From Camelus dromedarius (Eukaryota), in the NCBI RefSeq assembly GCF_036321535.1, contig NC_087437.1, positions 100,876,001 through 100,940,000 on the forward strand: a stretch of 64,000 bases of DNA. The letters are read 5' to 3'. Below the pieces are notes generated by a model that saw nothing but the letters and a program-made list of their open reading frames with translations, was not told the origin of the DNA and did not search any database. Both the position numbers and the translations under genes were made by a program. Positions 53,477 through 64,000 of the stretch are shown here, piece by piece. Position 1 is the first letter of the stretch; each line of letters opens with the position of its first letter.

Positions 53477-53583
53477 CTCTTAAAATCTTGCTTGAACCCA
53501 CACCTTCATAAATATTTAATACATCTGTATAATATGTATTAAAATAATCGAAGCTCAATTTAATGGAAAGTCCTTGTTTTACT
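53477..53583 (-). CDS. TMPRSS15: Enteropeptidase exon 8 (107 nt), CUB1
   Basis: ttcag|AGTAAAACAA...TTAAGAG|gtaagt; (R)VKQGLSIKLSFDYFNTYYTDVLNIYEGVGSSKILR(A); phase 2->1; not in ORF track. Confidence 0.97.
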
Positions 53584-53658
53584 CTGAATTAAAAGCAAAA
53601 AAATAGATGATTACACTCTTAACAGTTGGTACAACAGTTGGTATTCTTGAATTTGGAT

Positions 53659-54875
53659 GTATTTTTCTAATTGTGATAAAAAACACTTAACATGAAATAG
53701 ACATTCAATACATTTTTAAACATATGGAACATTATTTTTGACACAATAAGCACAATATTCTATGGCAGGTCTCTAGAACTTTTCCAATTTGTATGGATAA
53801 ATTCTGTATCCATTGAACAGTAACTCTCATTTTTTTCTCTCCCAGCCCCTGGCAACCACCATGCTACTTTCTGTCTCTATGAGTTTGAACACTTCAGACA
53901 TTTCATATTTATGAAATCATGCAGTATTTGTCCTTCTGTGACTGGCTTATTTCACTTAGCATAACGTCCTCAAGGTGCAATCATGTTGTCACGTATGACA
54001 GGATTTCCTTCCTCTAATGACTGAATAATATTCCATTGTATGTATAGACCATGTTTCCTTTATCCATTCATCTGTCAACGGGCGTTTAGGTTGTTTCCAC
54101 CTCTTGGCTATTGTGAATAATGCTGCAGTGAACATAGGAGTGTTTATCTTTTAGAGATCCTGATTTCAATTCTTTTGGATAAATACCCAAATACGGGATT
54201 GCTACATCATGTGGTAGATCTATTTTTAGCTTTTTAGGGAGCCTTCATACTGCTTTCCATAGTAATTACATCATTTTGCTTTTCAACCAACAGCACACAA
54301 GGGTTCCAATTTCTCCACATCCTGGCCAACATTTATAATGTTTTGTTTTTTTGATAATGGCTATTGCGATTTTGATTTGCATTTTTCTGCTGATTATTGA
54401 TATTGAGCACTTTTTCATATGCCTGTTGGCCATTTGTATGCCTTTTTTTGAGGAATATCTATTTGAGTCCTTGGCTCACTTTGTAATTGGGTTATTTGTT
54501 GTACTTTGCTATTGAGTTTTGTAGGCGTTTCTTACATATTTTGGACATTAACCTTTTATAAGATATATGGTTTGCAAATATTTTCTTCTATTCCATAGGT
54601 TGCCTTTCCATTCTATTGTTTCCTTTGCTGTGAAGAAGGGTTTTAATGAGATGTCCTGCTACTTGCTGATTTTTCCTTTTGTTGCTTGTGCTTTTGTTTC
54701 CAAATCGAGGAAGTCATTATGAAGATCAACGTTAAGAAGCTTTCGCCCAGTGTTTTCTTCTAGGATTTTTACAATTTCAGGTCTTATGTTTAAGCTTTGA
54801 ATTCTTTTTGAGTTGATTTCTGTGTATGGTGTAGGACAAGGGTCCAATTTTATTCTGCATCTGAATATCTAGTTC
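53659..54875 (-). mobile_element. LINE-1 (L1MA/MB-like) 3' ~1.2 kb, decayed ORF2 C-terminus plus 3'UTR
   Basis: ccagcccctggcaaccacc..., ttggctattgtgaataatgctgcagtgaacat...; ORF 54659-54847 (DPCPTPYTEINSKRIQSLNIRPEIVKILEEN) is L1 ORF2-like. Confidence 0.93.
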
Positions 54876-55544
54876 ATATTTTAATTTTCAGATATTCAGT
54901 TTGGGGAAAAGGTGTTTAGGACAACACCTATTTATAATTCCACTGTTTCACTGAAGTGTAGGTTAGGAATGTGAATAATTCTTGAGTGCTTCGGAAGTAC
55001 AATGTTCCCCTGAACTCCTCAGAAAGGAGGAAGGCTGAACAATAAAGCAGAGCAGGGGTGATGATAATGTTAAAGACGGCTGGAGGTTGAAAGGGCTGAT
55101 AATAGAGAGAGAGATCTCATCTCCAAAGCCAAGAAGGAGACTGAGAAGATACTTGGCTTCAGAGGCTGGCTGTGGAGGCTGCTGATTGAATAAGGGCTCC
55201 TGGCCAGGGGCATTGCAAGCTAGGAATTTTGGTAAATTATCAGTAGTACCTTGATCAGTTGGGGAATTGGGAACATTCATCACAAATGTAGTTAGTTTTG
55301 AAACCCTACGTTTCATTGCTGGGAAATGTCCATGTGGGGCAAGACCTCTGGCTTGGCAAGCCCTGTATTAGGTTCCTGGTGTGGGGCTGGAGTTCAGTCC
55401 TCTAGGAGTGAGGCTGACAGCACTGACATGTCAATGACTAGCAGGACAGCATTAAAAACATCTAGACAGAAACTCAGGTTTTTGGATCTGACCAGTTTTT
55501 GGTGCTACGGAGGTGATTTTAGAACAATAGTGAGTTATTACATG

Positions 55545-55657
55545 TGGACCTCGATCCTGGATATCAGATTCAGCAGTTCTGGAGTGGATTTGGGGATGTA
55601 TATTTTTAAATACTTCAGGAGTGACTGTGATGTGCTATCAGGCTTGAGGGCCACTGG
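55545..55657. mobile_element. MER5-like hAT MITE fragment
   Basis: cagattcagcagttctggagtgg...tatttttaaatacttcaggagtgactgtgatgtgc...aggcttgagggccactg. Confidence 0.55.
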
Positions 55658-56319
55658 AGGAAGACAGGTAAACCACAGGAGGAAGACAGGGCTGGAAGGA
55701 GATCAGTGTGAGGGGGCAGGAGGTCCTTCCAGCCCAGACCGAGAGGAGGAGAGCACAGCAGATGGTGACAGCTGATTATAAAAATTCCGCCTCTGTTGGG
55801 TCTCTTTAACGATGACGAAAGTGAGACCTGCTAGTGAGACCTTAAGGGAATCCAGCATCAAAGGTGGAGAAGACTGAAGAAGAAGAAGAAATAAGCAGCC
55901 TTCAGGGATGATTTCTGTTCTTTTGATGAAAGTTTTGGTGTCTCCAGGCAAGAATATAGTTAGGTGTTTTTTTTTTTTTTAAATGATGTTTTCAAGCTAT
56001 GAAACTAAGGCATGCAAGAGAAACTCACTAGGAACCTATGTGTTCAGAGGCCCTTTACTTTTTCAAAACAGACAATTGAAGGTAGAAGAGAGAAACAAGT
56101 GCATACTGTTTTCTACTTTTCTTCTGATTCAGAAAGACCATCTTTACTTGCAATAAAACACAGGCATTTACAAAGGTGAGATTAATGAGTGAATATTGTA
56201 TCTGATGTTTTTATAATATTAGACATGGTTGCCTTCTGAATTTTTGAGGGGAAAGGATACTTTTCTAAATGTAACATATATTTTACATTTTTGTATCAAT
56301 AGTTACTTTTTTTAAAGCC

Positions 56320-56550
56320 CACTTTAATGGAGCACTTAATATAGTGCTAAGTGTTTTACATTTATTATTACATTTAATCATGATCTTGGCCCCTGTAGTT
56401 AAGAGATGTTGAACTCTATAGATACAGAAATTGTGTATCTAAGAGATTGAGTCATTTACCCGAGATCACACATCTTGAATCTAAAGAAGCCAAATCTGAA
56501 TGCACAGAGACTGTCTCCAGGGCTCACATTCTTAGTTACTGACACTCCGC
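56320..56550 (-). mobile_element. MIR SINE
   Basis: gagcactt...gtgctaagtgttttacatttattattacatttaatc...agagattgagtcatttacccgagatcacac. Confidence 0.7.
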
Positions 56551-57889
56551 TACTTGTGGTCTTAATGTAATTCAAAAATATAGTTTAATTGCATCTTAAC
56601 CCTTTCTCTGCTAGTTTCTTCAACTCCCAAGCTTGTAGGAAACATCACTGTCTTTGCTCTACTTTGATCACAGTTTGGAAAAACAAACTGTCAGGTACAA
56701 TGCAGTTCTAATATAGTGATCAGTCTTAAGAAGAAAAGATACTTAGATCATTTACATAATTAGTTAAATCATAATTCTATCATGAAGTATAGTATTTATT
56801 TAGGGTGATATTTTAGATTCTATGGGTTTTAAAAACATCCCTAGATTAATGGTATATTTCTTAAAATAGCTTTAAAAGTTAAGTAATGAAAAAGGAAGTA
56901 AAAAGAATAAAACTGTGTAAATCCCTAATTAACATAGTGTGATTATTACCTAAATGATGTTACTATTATAGCAAAAATTTATTCTGCTTGCTAATACAAC
57001 TTCCGTGTAGATTTGACGTAGCTTTGTTAAGAAGTGGATTTGACAATTAAGTTATTATTATTCGGTATTAATAAAACTCCAAAGATTGTGTGAAGAAATC
57101 ATTGTGCACTTAGGAATGTAGATTAATTAGAAGTTATGTTCTTTCCATGTTCAAAGGAAGTAACTGAAGATTTTTCTAACATTTTCTGCTGACATTTTAG
57201 GTAAAGAACAGAATATTTTTCATTTTATTCATGAACAATGATAATAGCCATTTTTAAACCCTTCTTTTTAAATATGATGTGACTATATTTGAAATGATAT
57301 CCTCTAAATTGTTAATTCTTCACTTGGCAGGAATTACTTAAAATTGCCATTTTTAATACAAAATCTTATCTTCAGCACACAAGTAACATGTTTTTAGAGC
57401 CTGAAAACAGAGGAAATTGTGCTCCTATTTATATCACATAACTTACACGGGGCTGAACTCCCAGACAGAGATTGTTTAAACTGAACAGGATGTCCTTCTT
57501 TCCCTGAACAAGGCCAAGTAAATGTGTTTAGAACAATCGTCCCTTCATACCTCATCTCATCTCTGGACTATATCTACACAGGGAAACAACCCCTGTGAAT
57601 CTTCATGGGGCCGTTTCCTATCATTTCTTTGGCAAGAACCCGAGGCTCTGTCGTTTCACCTCCTTTAATTAGCTGTTATATTGATTCCCTGTTTTCTAGT
57701 GAGTCATCACAATCATTAAAATAATTACACAGTAGGTCAGATTGGGAAACCATAATCCCATCCAGCTGTTAAGAGAAATGAACTAACTAGAACGCATTTC
57801 TCAAAGCGAATTCCACAGAGCACTTGTGCTGAACGCTCTGTGGGGGAAATGTTCAGTGGCTTAATAGGAAATATATACACACATACATA

Positions 57890-58071
57890 CAGTTTACTCT
57901 TGGACAGTACTGGCTTGAAATGTGTGGGTCCGCTTATACATGGATTTTTTTCAATAAATGCATTATCCAAACCTAGAACAGAGGGCCAACTGTAGTGTTC
58001 AATGTTAAGCATGGATTTTAACTGCATGGGGTGTTGGCACCCTCACCCTCCTGTTGTTCAAGGGTCAACTG
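57890..58071. mobile_element. Tigger2-derived MITE (TcMar-Tigger)
   Basis: TIRs CAGTTTACTCTTGGACA / TGTTCAAGGGTCAACTG with TA target duplications at 57888-9 and 58072-3. Confidence 0.88.
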
Positions 58072-58836
58072 TATATTTTTCAGGAGATTTACTTACATCT
58101 TGGCTTATTTAAGGCTATGAAAAGTCTTATACTTTTTAAAAGTTATAATGAGTTTATTCCAATGTTCCTTATATTAAATTGAGTACAAATAATCTTTCCT
58201 TTGGAATATCTCAGAGAAACATCAAGTACTACTCTATGAAAAATGTTTAGGCAAAATATTAAGGTAGATCAGCCATCAGCATTTGACTATTTTGATCGTC
58301 ATAATGATTGGATTACTCAGTTGAATTTAGACTTGGAGGTCAAATGTATAGTAATTGAACTGTTACTCAAGATCCAGCAAACGAGATGAGTACAGGCAGT
58401 GTCCCAGCTCTGGATCTGCCATGACCAAATCACACCATAGCAGATTTTCATCCAGATGCAAGCTGAGTGAGAAAGGAACTATCCTGTCGCCAGGATGCAG
58501 CTGAGTGAAATACAGTTTCTTGTGATACACAGAAATACATGTGTGCTCTTCATTTTGGGAGCATCTGACTTACGCCAACCATAGGGGAAAAACTGCTATG
58601 GAGTCCAATGAGATGGCCCCATTTATCTTCTAGAAAGCAAAATTCCTTTTTAAAAGGTTAAGAATGAGAGAGAAACTTCTTGGATAGGTTACCAGTTGGA
58701 AAGGTTTTGCGTCACATTTAAATAGTTACTGAAAACAAGTGTCCAAAAAGTAAACACATTACTAAGGATGGTAAACTTACTGTATCACAGGAAGACTTTA
58801 TGACTTAAGAATATGGAATAGAAGATGGTATATTAC

Positions 58837-58945
58837 CGTATAATCCACCGGCAAATAATACTTGATTGAGAGGGCTTTGGATAATGGGCAGCATCGAAGG
58901 ACCCAGCAGATCCAGTCAACAAAAACTTTCCGTCACAAGCTGTGG
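58837..58945 (-). CDS. TMPRSS15: Enteropeptidase exon 7 (109 nt), start of CUB1
   Basis: ttttttcacag|CCACAGCT...ATACG|gtaata; (A)TACDGKFLLTGSAGSFDAAHYPKPSQSSIICRWII(R); phase 1->2. Confidence 0.97.
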
Positions 58946-60889
58946 CTGTGAAAAAATGGCGACTAATGTCAGACAAAAAACGATCTTCGAAGGATTTCTC
59001 AAATGAAAGGCGATTCAAACTGGCTAACGAACCTTTATAGAACATGCGACTAAATCTGTATAAAGCTATTTCTCAAAAACAAAATAATCAAATGGAAGTA
59101 GATCAAATTTAAAGCTTTAAATCTATTAGCTATTTTCATATATTCTTACATATTCCATTATAGAGGACTTTAGAAAAGCATTCTGTTTCTAAATGCCCGT
59201 AGCTAAGTTGCATTTTTAGTATATTCTTCCATAATTGTAAGAAAACAAATATATCTGAATTGTAAACTTCCAATTTAAACAAACAACTATGTTTTGTTTT
59301 CTTTTCCCCATGAAATTAGAGCTAGGGTGAATTTCAACCACATGCACCAAGCGACACGTCTCTGTGAAAATATGGTCAGAACATGGCCAGGAAAATGATA
59401 CACATGGTACAAGTGGCCTGGAGAGAGTCTTCCATTCAGTCTTCTGGACACAACTTTTATCAAATTTCATCACTTTTTCTCCTTTTGTATGCAATCACAA
59501 TCTAGCTTAATATTTTCATTCAGTATTCCAGTATATGTGTTTTTCCTCGTCAAGACAACTTATTTTCTTCTTTTAATTCTTGCAGAACATTTATTTCACG
59601 TACCTCTCTTTAATGTCATGCAATTCATTATTAGTTGTCTTAATTTATGTCTGAGTCATTTCCAACCATATTAAAATCATCTTGAAAGCATGAACCAGGA
59701 GTCATAACTTGTAGCTTTTTATTTTATACTTCCTATGTATAGTCTGTGTTAAAAATAAAATTTATTTAATCTTCACAATTTTTAGCTTTTCTTAGGTTAT
59801 TTTCTGTATACTTAGTTCTGTTGATATCCTATGTTGAATGACTCTTGGAATGTGTGCTTTTTTTTGGTACATTGTTAATTCCTCATATGCCAGACTTGAT
59901 GGAGGGCCAGGAAATCAAAGAAAGTTACCAAAATTAAATTGTTGCTCCTGGAATCTGAGTTCTAGATTAAACTAATCCTAAATTGGTAAATGGAAAAGCC
60001 CATTGTAATGTTACACAGTTATTCTGTCAAGTTATAAAATACAAGCTACTATATGACATCAAACATTTTTATGAACAAAAGGAAGAAATTGAACAGCATA
60101 TAGAAATCTTGCTATAAATCTCACATATTGGTTGGCTTTTTGCTATATACTTTTTAAAGACACAAATGGTAAAGGAATGAAAAAAAGTTAAATAAATTTT
60201 ACGATTCAAAGTCTGTTTAAAAATAATGGCCTAGGAAGTAATTATATTGGATTATGATAGCCCAATTCCCAGCAGGAGAAAAAAAAAAAAAGGAAAAAAA
60301 GAACAAATTAAGAACAAAAAAGATAATAACCCAATCTCACAGACTTCAAGAAATGAAAGAGAAAATATTATGGCTTGTTGAGAGAACTGCATCACTTTTT
60401 GTGTAATACTTACTGGAGTAAAAAGGACAATTAAGGCTAATTTGTATGATTTGAAGATTAAACAGTAAAACACGTGACTTTATTAATTCAGAGATAAATC
60501 ATTTTCTAGTTGTAAAAAAATTTTGTCCTTCATTCTCACCTATCTGCCAATCACAAACCATGCCAAATAAATGGGACAATTAATTCCTTAGTTTCAATGA
60601 CCATAAAAACGAAAATGGTGTCTGGGTGTATTTTAAGTGATATATGGAGACTTTTAAGCATAGTTTGTCAAGAAACGTGTTGACTCCAAGACTATAAGCA
60701 GTGCAAGGAAGTCCACTACTATTGTAAATAGTTTATATTTAAACTCTGATACTTAGGAACCCAGTGAGAAACTTATACGCAAAGCTGGTAGCATTTCAGG
60801 AATTCTTCACATCCATTCATTACATATTTTGGGGAAAAGTATCAACAGCTTTCTGCTGCACGACAGGATTCATAATTTTCCAGAAAGCT

Positions 60890-61235
60890 GAGTTATGTCC
60901 CTGATGGCTGAGGTTGTTGTATGTTTGCTGTACCCTTTTTCAGTCCCCTTCTAGACATGTGACTAGACTGCACTTTCCAAAATGGGTCATATGACTGATT
61001 CTGGTTAATAAAATGTAGAAGTAATTGAGTTTATTTGCAGATGTGATTTCCAAAGAAGATCTATGACATTCTTCTATTGTCTGTCAATATGGTGGTGGAA
61101 CTGGCATCCTGAATGCCTACAGAGCACAGCCTCTTGCCATCTTTTTTGGACTGTGATGTAAGTGATAAATGACCTGTAATCATCTTACATTGGTAAGACT
61201 GTTTATCATAATATTTAATCTGCCCTAAAGAATAT
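60890..61235 (+). mobile_element. Old MaLR LTR (MLT1I/J-like)
   Basis: gactgcactttcc...ggtcatatgactgattctggttaataaaatgt...tttggactgtgatgtaagtgataaat. Confidence 0.6.
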
Positions 61236-61774
61236 GATCAATTTGCCTGTTCAGTTTTCCATGAAATTGCTGAGTTTTAGTGAAAGTGGGTCACCTATAG
61301 GTCAAGTTCTGCTCTAAAGGGCCTCTGGGAATCCTGCATGTGAATAAAGAGTAAGAAGAATATTCTTGAAGATATCCACAATAAAATTACAAGAGTGTTG
61401 AACTAGTTACAATAACACAATTCAGAATGCCAAATTATTATCATTTCAAGATGCAGACTTGTGCTAGGGACTTTCTCTTAAATTCTTTCCTTTAATTTCA
61501 GGATGTTTTTGGAGAATCTAATTTTATATTAGATAAGCAGGATAGACTTCTGGAAAAACAAATATTTCATCAGCAGCTGAATAAGATTACTGAATGTTCA
61601 GGATCATAATTTTTTAGACTACAAAGTGCTATTCCACGAAGCATCAGAAAAAAAATTTTTGCGTGAGAGATAAATGAGCCTGTCAAATAATACCAGGTAT
61701 TCTATTGCTCTATCTGAAATGCTGCCTGCAGTGGGATGGGATTCCTAAAGGTATGATCTTAGGACCCGCTGAGA

Positions 61775-61788
61775 GCGCCCTCTGCTGG
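61775..61788 (-). promoter_or_regulatory. Candidate CTCF binding site
   Basis: minus strand CCAGCAGAGGGCGC, a 14/14 match to CCASYAGRKGGCRS, in a locally GC-richer stretch. Confidence 0.65.
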
Positions 61789-62504
61789 CTCAATGTTTAC
61801 TAGTTGTCTGCTCAGGGCACTGAACTCTCCAGGACACGGAAATCGAACACGATCTATGCTCATTCACCCAGGTCCTCTGGGCACATACATGTGAGACATG
61901 CAAACAATCAGTGAGGACACTTGCCAACTTCCAAATAGGCCTGAGCGCTGGCCTAAAAGCTGTGAGTCAGCATCTCTTCTTCTCACAGGTCAGCTAAAAA
62001 GTGAACTTTCTTTCCTGCTGATGCAATTCACATCAGAAGGAAAACAATTTAAAGAAATCTTGATTCTACTATAGTCAGCTATAAGTTGTGCAAACCTAAA
62101 TCTCTAAAGACTAGTAAAGGAAGCTGCGTGAGGAAGTCAACATTAATAAGACTCTATTAATAACACAAATTAGAATTAGAGCTCACAGCTGGAGGGTACA
62201 AAAGAGAAAAAAGAGAACAAAGGTCAATTTCATAAAGAGAATTCTCTTAAAATGATTTTGTGGTGAATGCAGGTTGATGGACAAGGGCTTCCGTGTAGAA
62301 ATTACACTACTAGGAGTTCAAGGTGGTGCTTAGGTGAAGAACTCATCACCATTAATGATTAAGTAATGAATGAAACAACTTACATGCCTGAAAATCCTAG
62401 ACAGATAAAGGTAAAGTAATTGACTGATTTGTCCACTTCCTTATTCCACAAAGGCTTTAAATTCCTTTTCAAAGCTAGGTATAATGCTAACTTTAAAATA
62501 CAAA

Positions 62505-62930
62505 TAATGGATGGACCTAGAGTTTATCATATTAAAGGAAGTAAATCAGACAGAGAAAGACAAATGTCACATTGTATCATTTATATGTGGAATCTAAAAA
62601 AAAATGATATAAATGAACTTGTTACAAAACAGAAAGTGACTCACAAACGTAGAAAACAAATTCAGCCGTACCAAATTCAGGGAACGCGGGGGAGGGATAA
62701 ATTAGGAGTTTGAGATAGTTTGGGATTAGCAGATACAAACTATGATATATAAAACAGATAACAAGATCCTACTGTGTAGAACAGGGAACTATATTCAGTA
62801 TCTCATAGGAACCTATAATGAAAAAGAATATATACATATATATATGTATAACTGAATCACTATGCTAAACTCTGGAAACTAGCACGACACTGTAAACCAA
62901 CTATACTTCAATAAAAAATAAAATAAATAA
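62505..62930 (+). mobile_element. LINE-1 3' end, artiodactyl-type, with A-rich tail
   Basis: atggatggacctagag...gggagggataaattaggagtttg...gggaactatattcagtatc...ctatacttcaataaaaaataaaataaataa. Confidence 0.92.
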
Positions 62931-64000
62931 GTAAGATACAAATAATGAAAAGAATCAAGAAAAATGGAACATGAGGATCTAGAGGTTTAAGAAAGTGACA
63001 TGGACAGTGAATTGACACTAAAGTTCATTTAACACAAATCCTTCATGATATTGAAAAATAATAATGCAGTGTGATTGTGTCTTTAGGCAAATTTAGAGGA
63101 TTTAGTTCTGATACTGAGGTTAGTGTCATGAGTTTATAGTGACTCAGAAGAAGAATTCATGGCCTTATAACTTATTTTAGGATAACTTATAACTTATCAT
63201 TGAATATTTCTATGATTATTTTTTGATATGCATGGATACTAATTTATTTTAAAAATGATAAACTCTGTGACAGTGGTGAGCAAATAATAGGTGTGGTTCA
63301 TTTTCTTATTATTTAATTCATCTTATATATTTTCCCCCATTTAAAGTTACCGATCATCATTACACAGGCTTGAAAGTCCATGTCTCACTTTGATACATAT
63401 TATTTTTGAAATATAAATCAATATCGCCTTTATTACCTCACGATGGCACACTTGTTTCAGATACTCTCTGACAAGGTTTTGAAAACCACCTAAAAACCGT
63501 AGCAAAAAAAAAAAACCAAAAAAAAAAAAATAGATATTGCTTTCTTCTTCTTTGAGTAACTTGGTTATATAAAATAGATTAAAAAAATTCTGTAGCCTGC
63601 AATTTCTTCCAATATGCTCTGAGTGCACTTCAAAGTGTGTGGTTAAACTTTGAAGTCTGAATTTTATCCAAGAACATTTGAATTGGGATTGCTTACTAGA
63701 AGCTCTTTGGTCAAGATGCCAGTTTTTGAGCTGGTCTTGAGAAACGGACAGACTGCCTGTCTTTTCAAGTATGTACCAAGTGGAGAGGTTAATTTTTGCA
63801 ACTTTGGTTGGTATTGGAGCATTCCTCTTCAGTTAACGTCAAGCAACAAGAACAAAGGGTAACAAATAGTAGGAGACCAAGTGTAGCAAATTGTATCTAC
63901 AGCCTTTACACATTTCAGGAACTAATAGTGCTCATGGTCAGTTTTTAAACTGACCATAAACCACACCAAAAAATTGATTTCCGCTGTTTAATTTTTCAAA

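Larger units (their letters stand above)
1878..58945 (-). other. TMPRSS15: TMPRSS15 (enteropeptidase) gene body, partial: 13 internal coding exons (7-19); gene extends beyond both window edges
   Basis: 13 exons with AG/GT boundaries and compatible phases join into a 1597-nt stop-free frame whose peptide follows the enteropeptidase heavy chain (CUB-MAM-CUB-LDLRa-SRCR) as I recall it from human. Confidence 0.98.

Noticed and set aside
58452..58508. Imperfect direct repeat CCAG(G)ATGCA(A)GCTGAGTGA
   Set aside because: Only two imperfect copies; an ordinary micro-duplication with no array structure.
1234..63862. The short ORFs in the supplied track as independent genes
   Set aside because: Apart from those overlapping TMPRSS15 exons or L1 ORF2 remnants, they are 60-170 aa, compositionally biased and lack recognisable domains, as expected by chance.
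1..64000. Prokaryotic-style systems (CRISPR arrays, operons, defence loci, rRNA/tRNA genes)
   Set aside because: The sequence is intron-rich mammalian DNA; no regularly spaced repeat-spacer array or intact structural RNA gene was seen.
58946..64000. Exon 6 (first LDLRa repeat)
   Set aside because: No Cys-rich DGSDE-coding segment was found; it is probably beyond the right edge.

Overview
AT-rich mammalian genomic DNA, not prokaryotic. The whole window lies inside one minus-strand gene, TMPRSS15 (enteropeptidase/enterokinase). Reading the reverse strand by hand gives 13 consecutive GT-AG exons from 58945 down to 1878. They total 1597 nt and splice into one stop-free frame encoding CUB1, MAM, a Pro/Thr linker, CUB2, the second LDLRa repeat and most of the SRCR domain. 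These are exons 7-19 by human numbering, recalled from memory. The N-terminal (TM/SEA/LDLRa1) and serine-protease exons lie outside the window. Introns hold typical eutherian repeats (L1, L2, MIR, MaLR/ERV1 LTRs, hAT and Tigger MITEs). A Vic-1-like tRNA-derived SINE, with no Alu, Bov-A, PRE-1 or Can-SINE seen, points to a camelid. I found no convincing novel gene system. The best leads are inverted young L1 3' ends bracketing exons 7-14 (a 990-nt circle with no in-frame stop), a perfect CTCF motif next to gut-type enhancer motifs in intron 6, a CpG-undepleted patch at exon 7, a solo LTR with an intact TSD, and an LTR tail fused inside an L1. Exon boundaries are exact. Repeat boundaries and family names are by-eye estimates.
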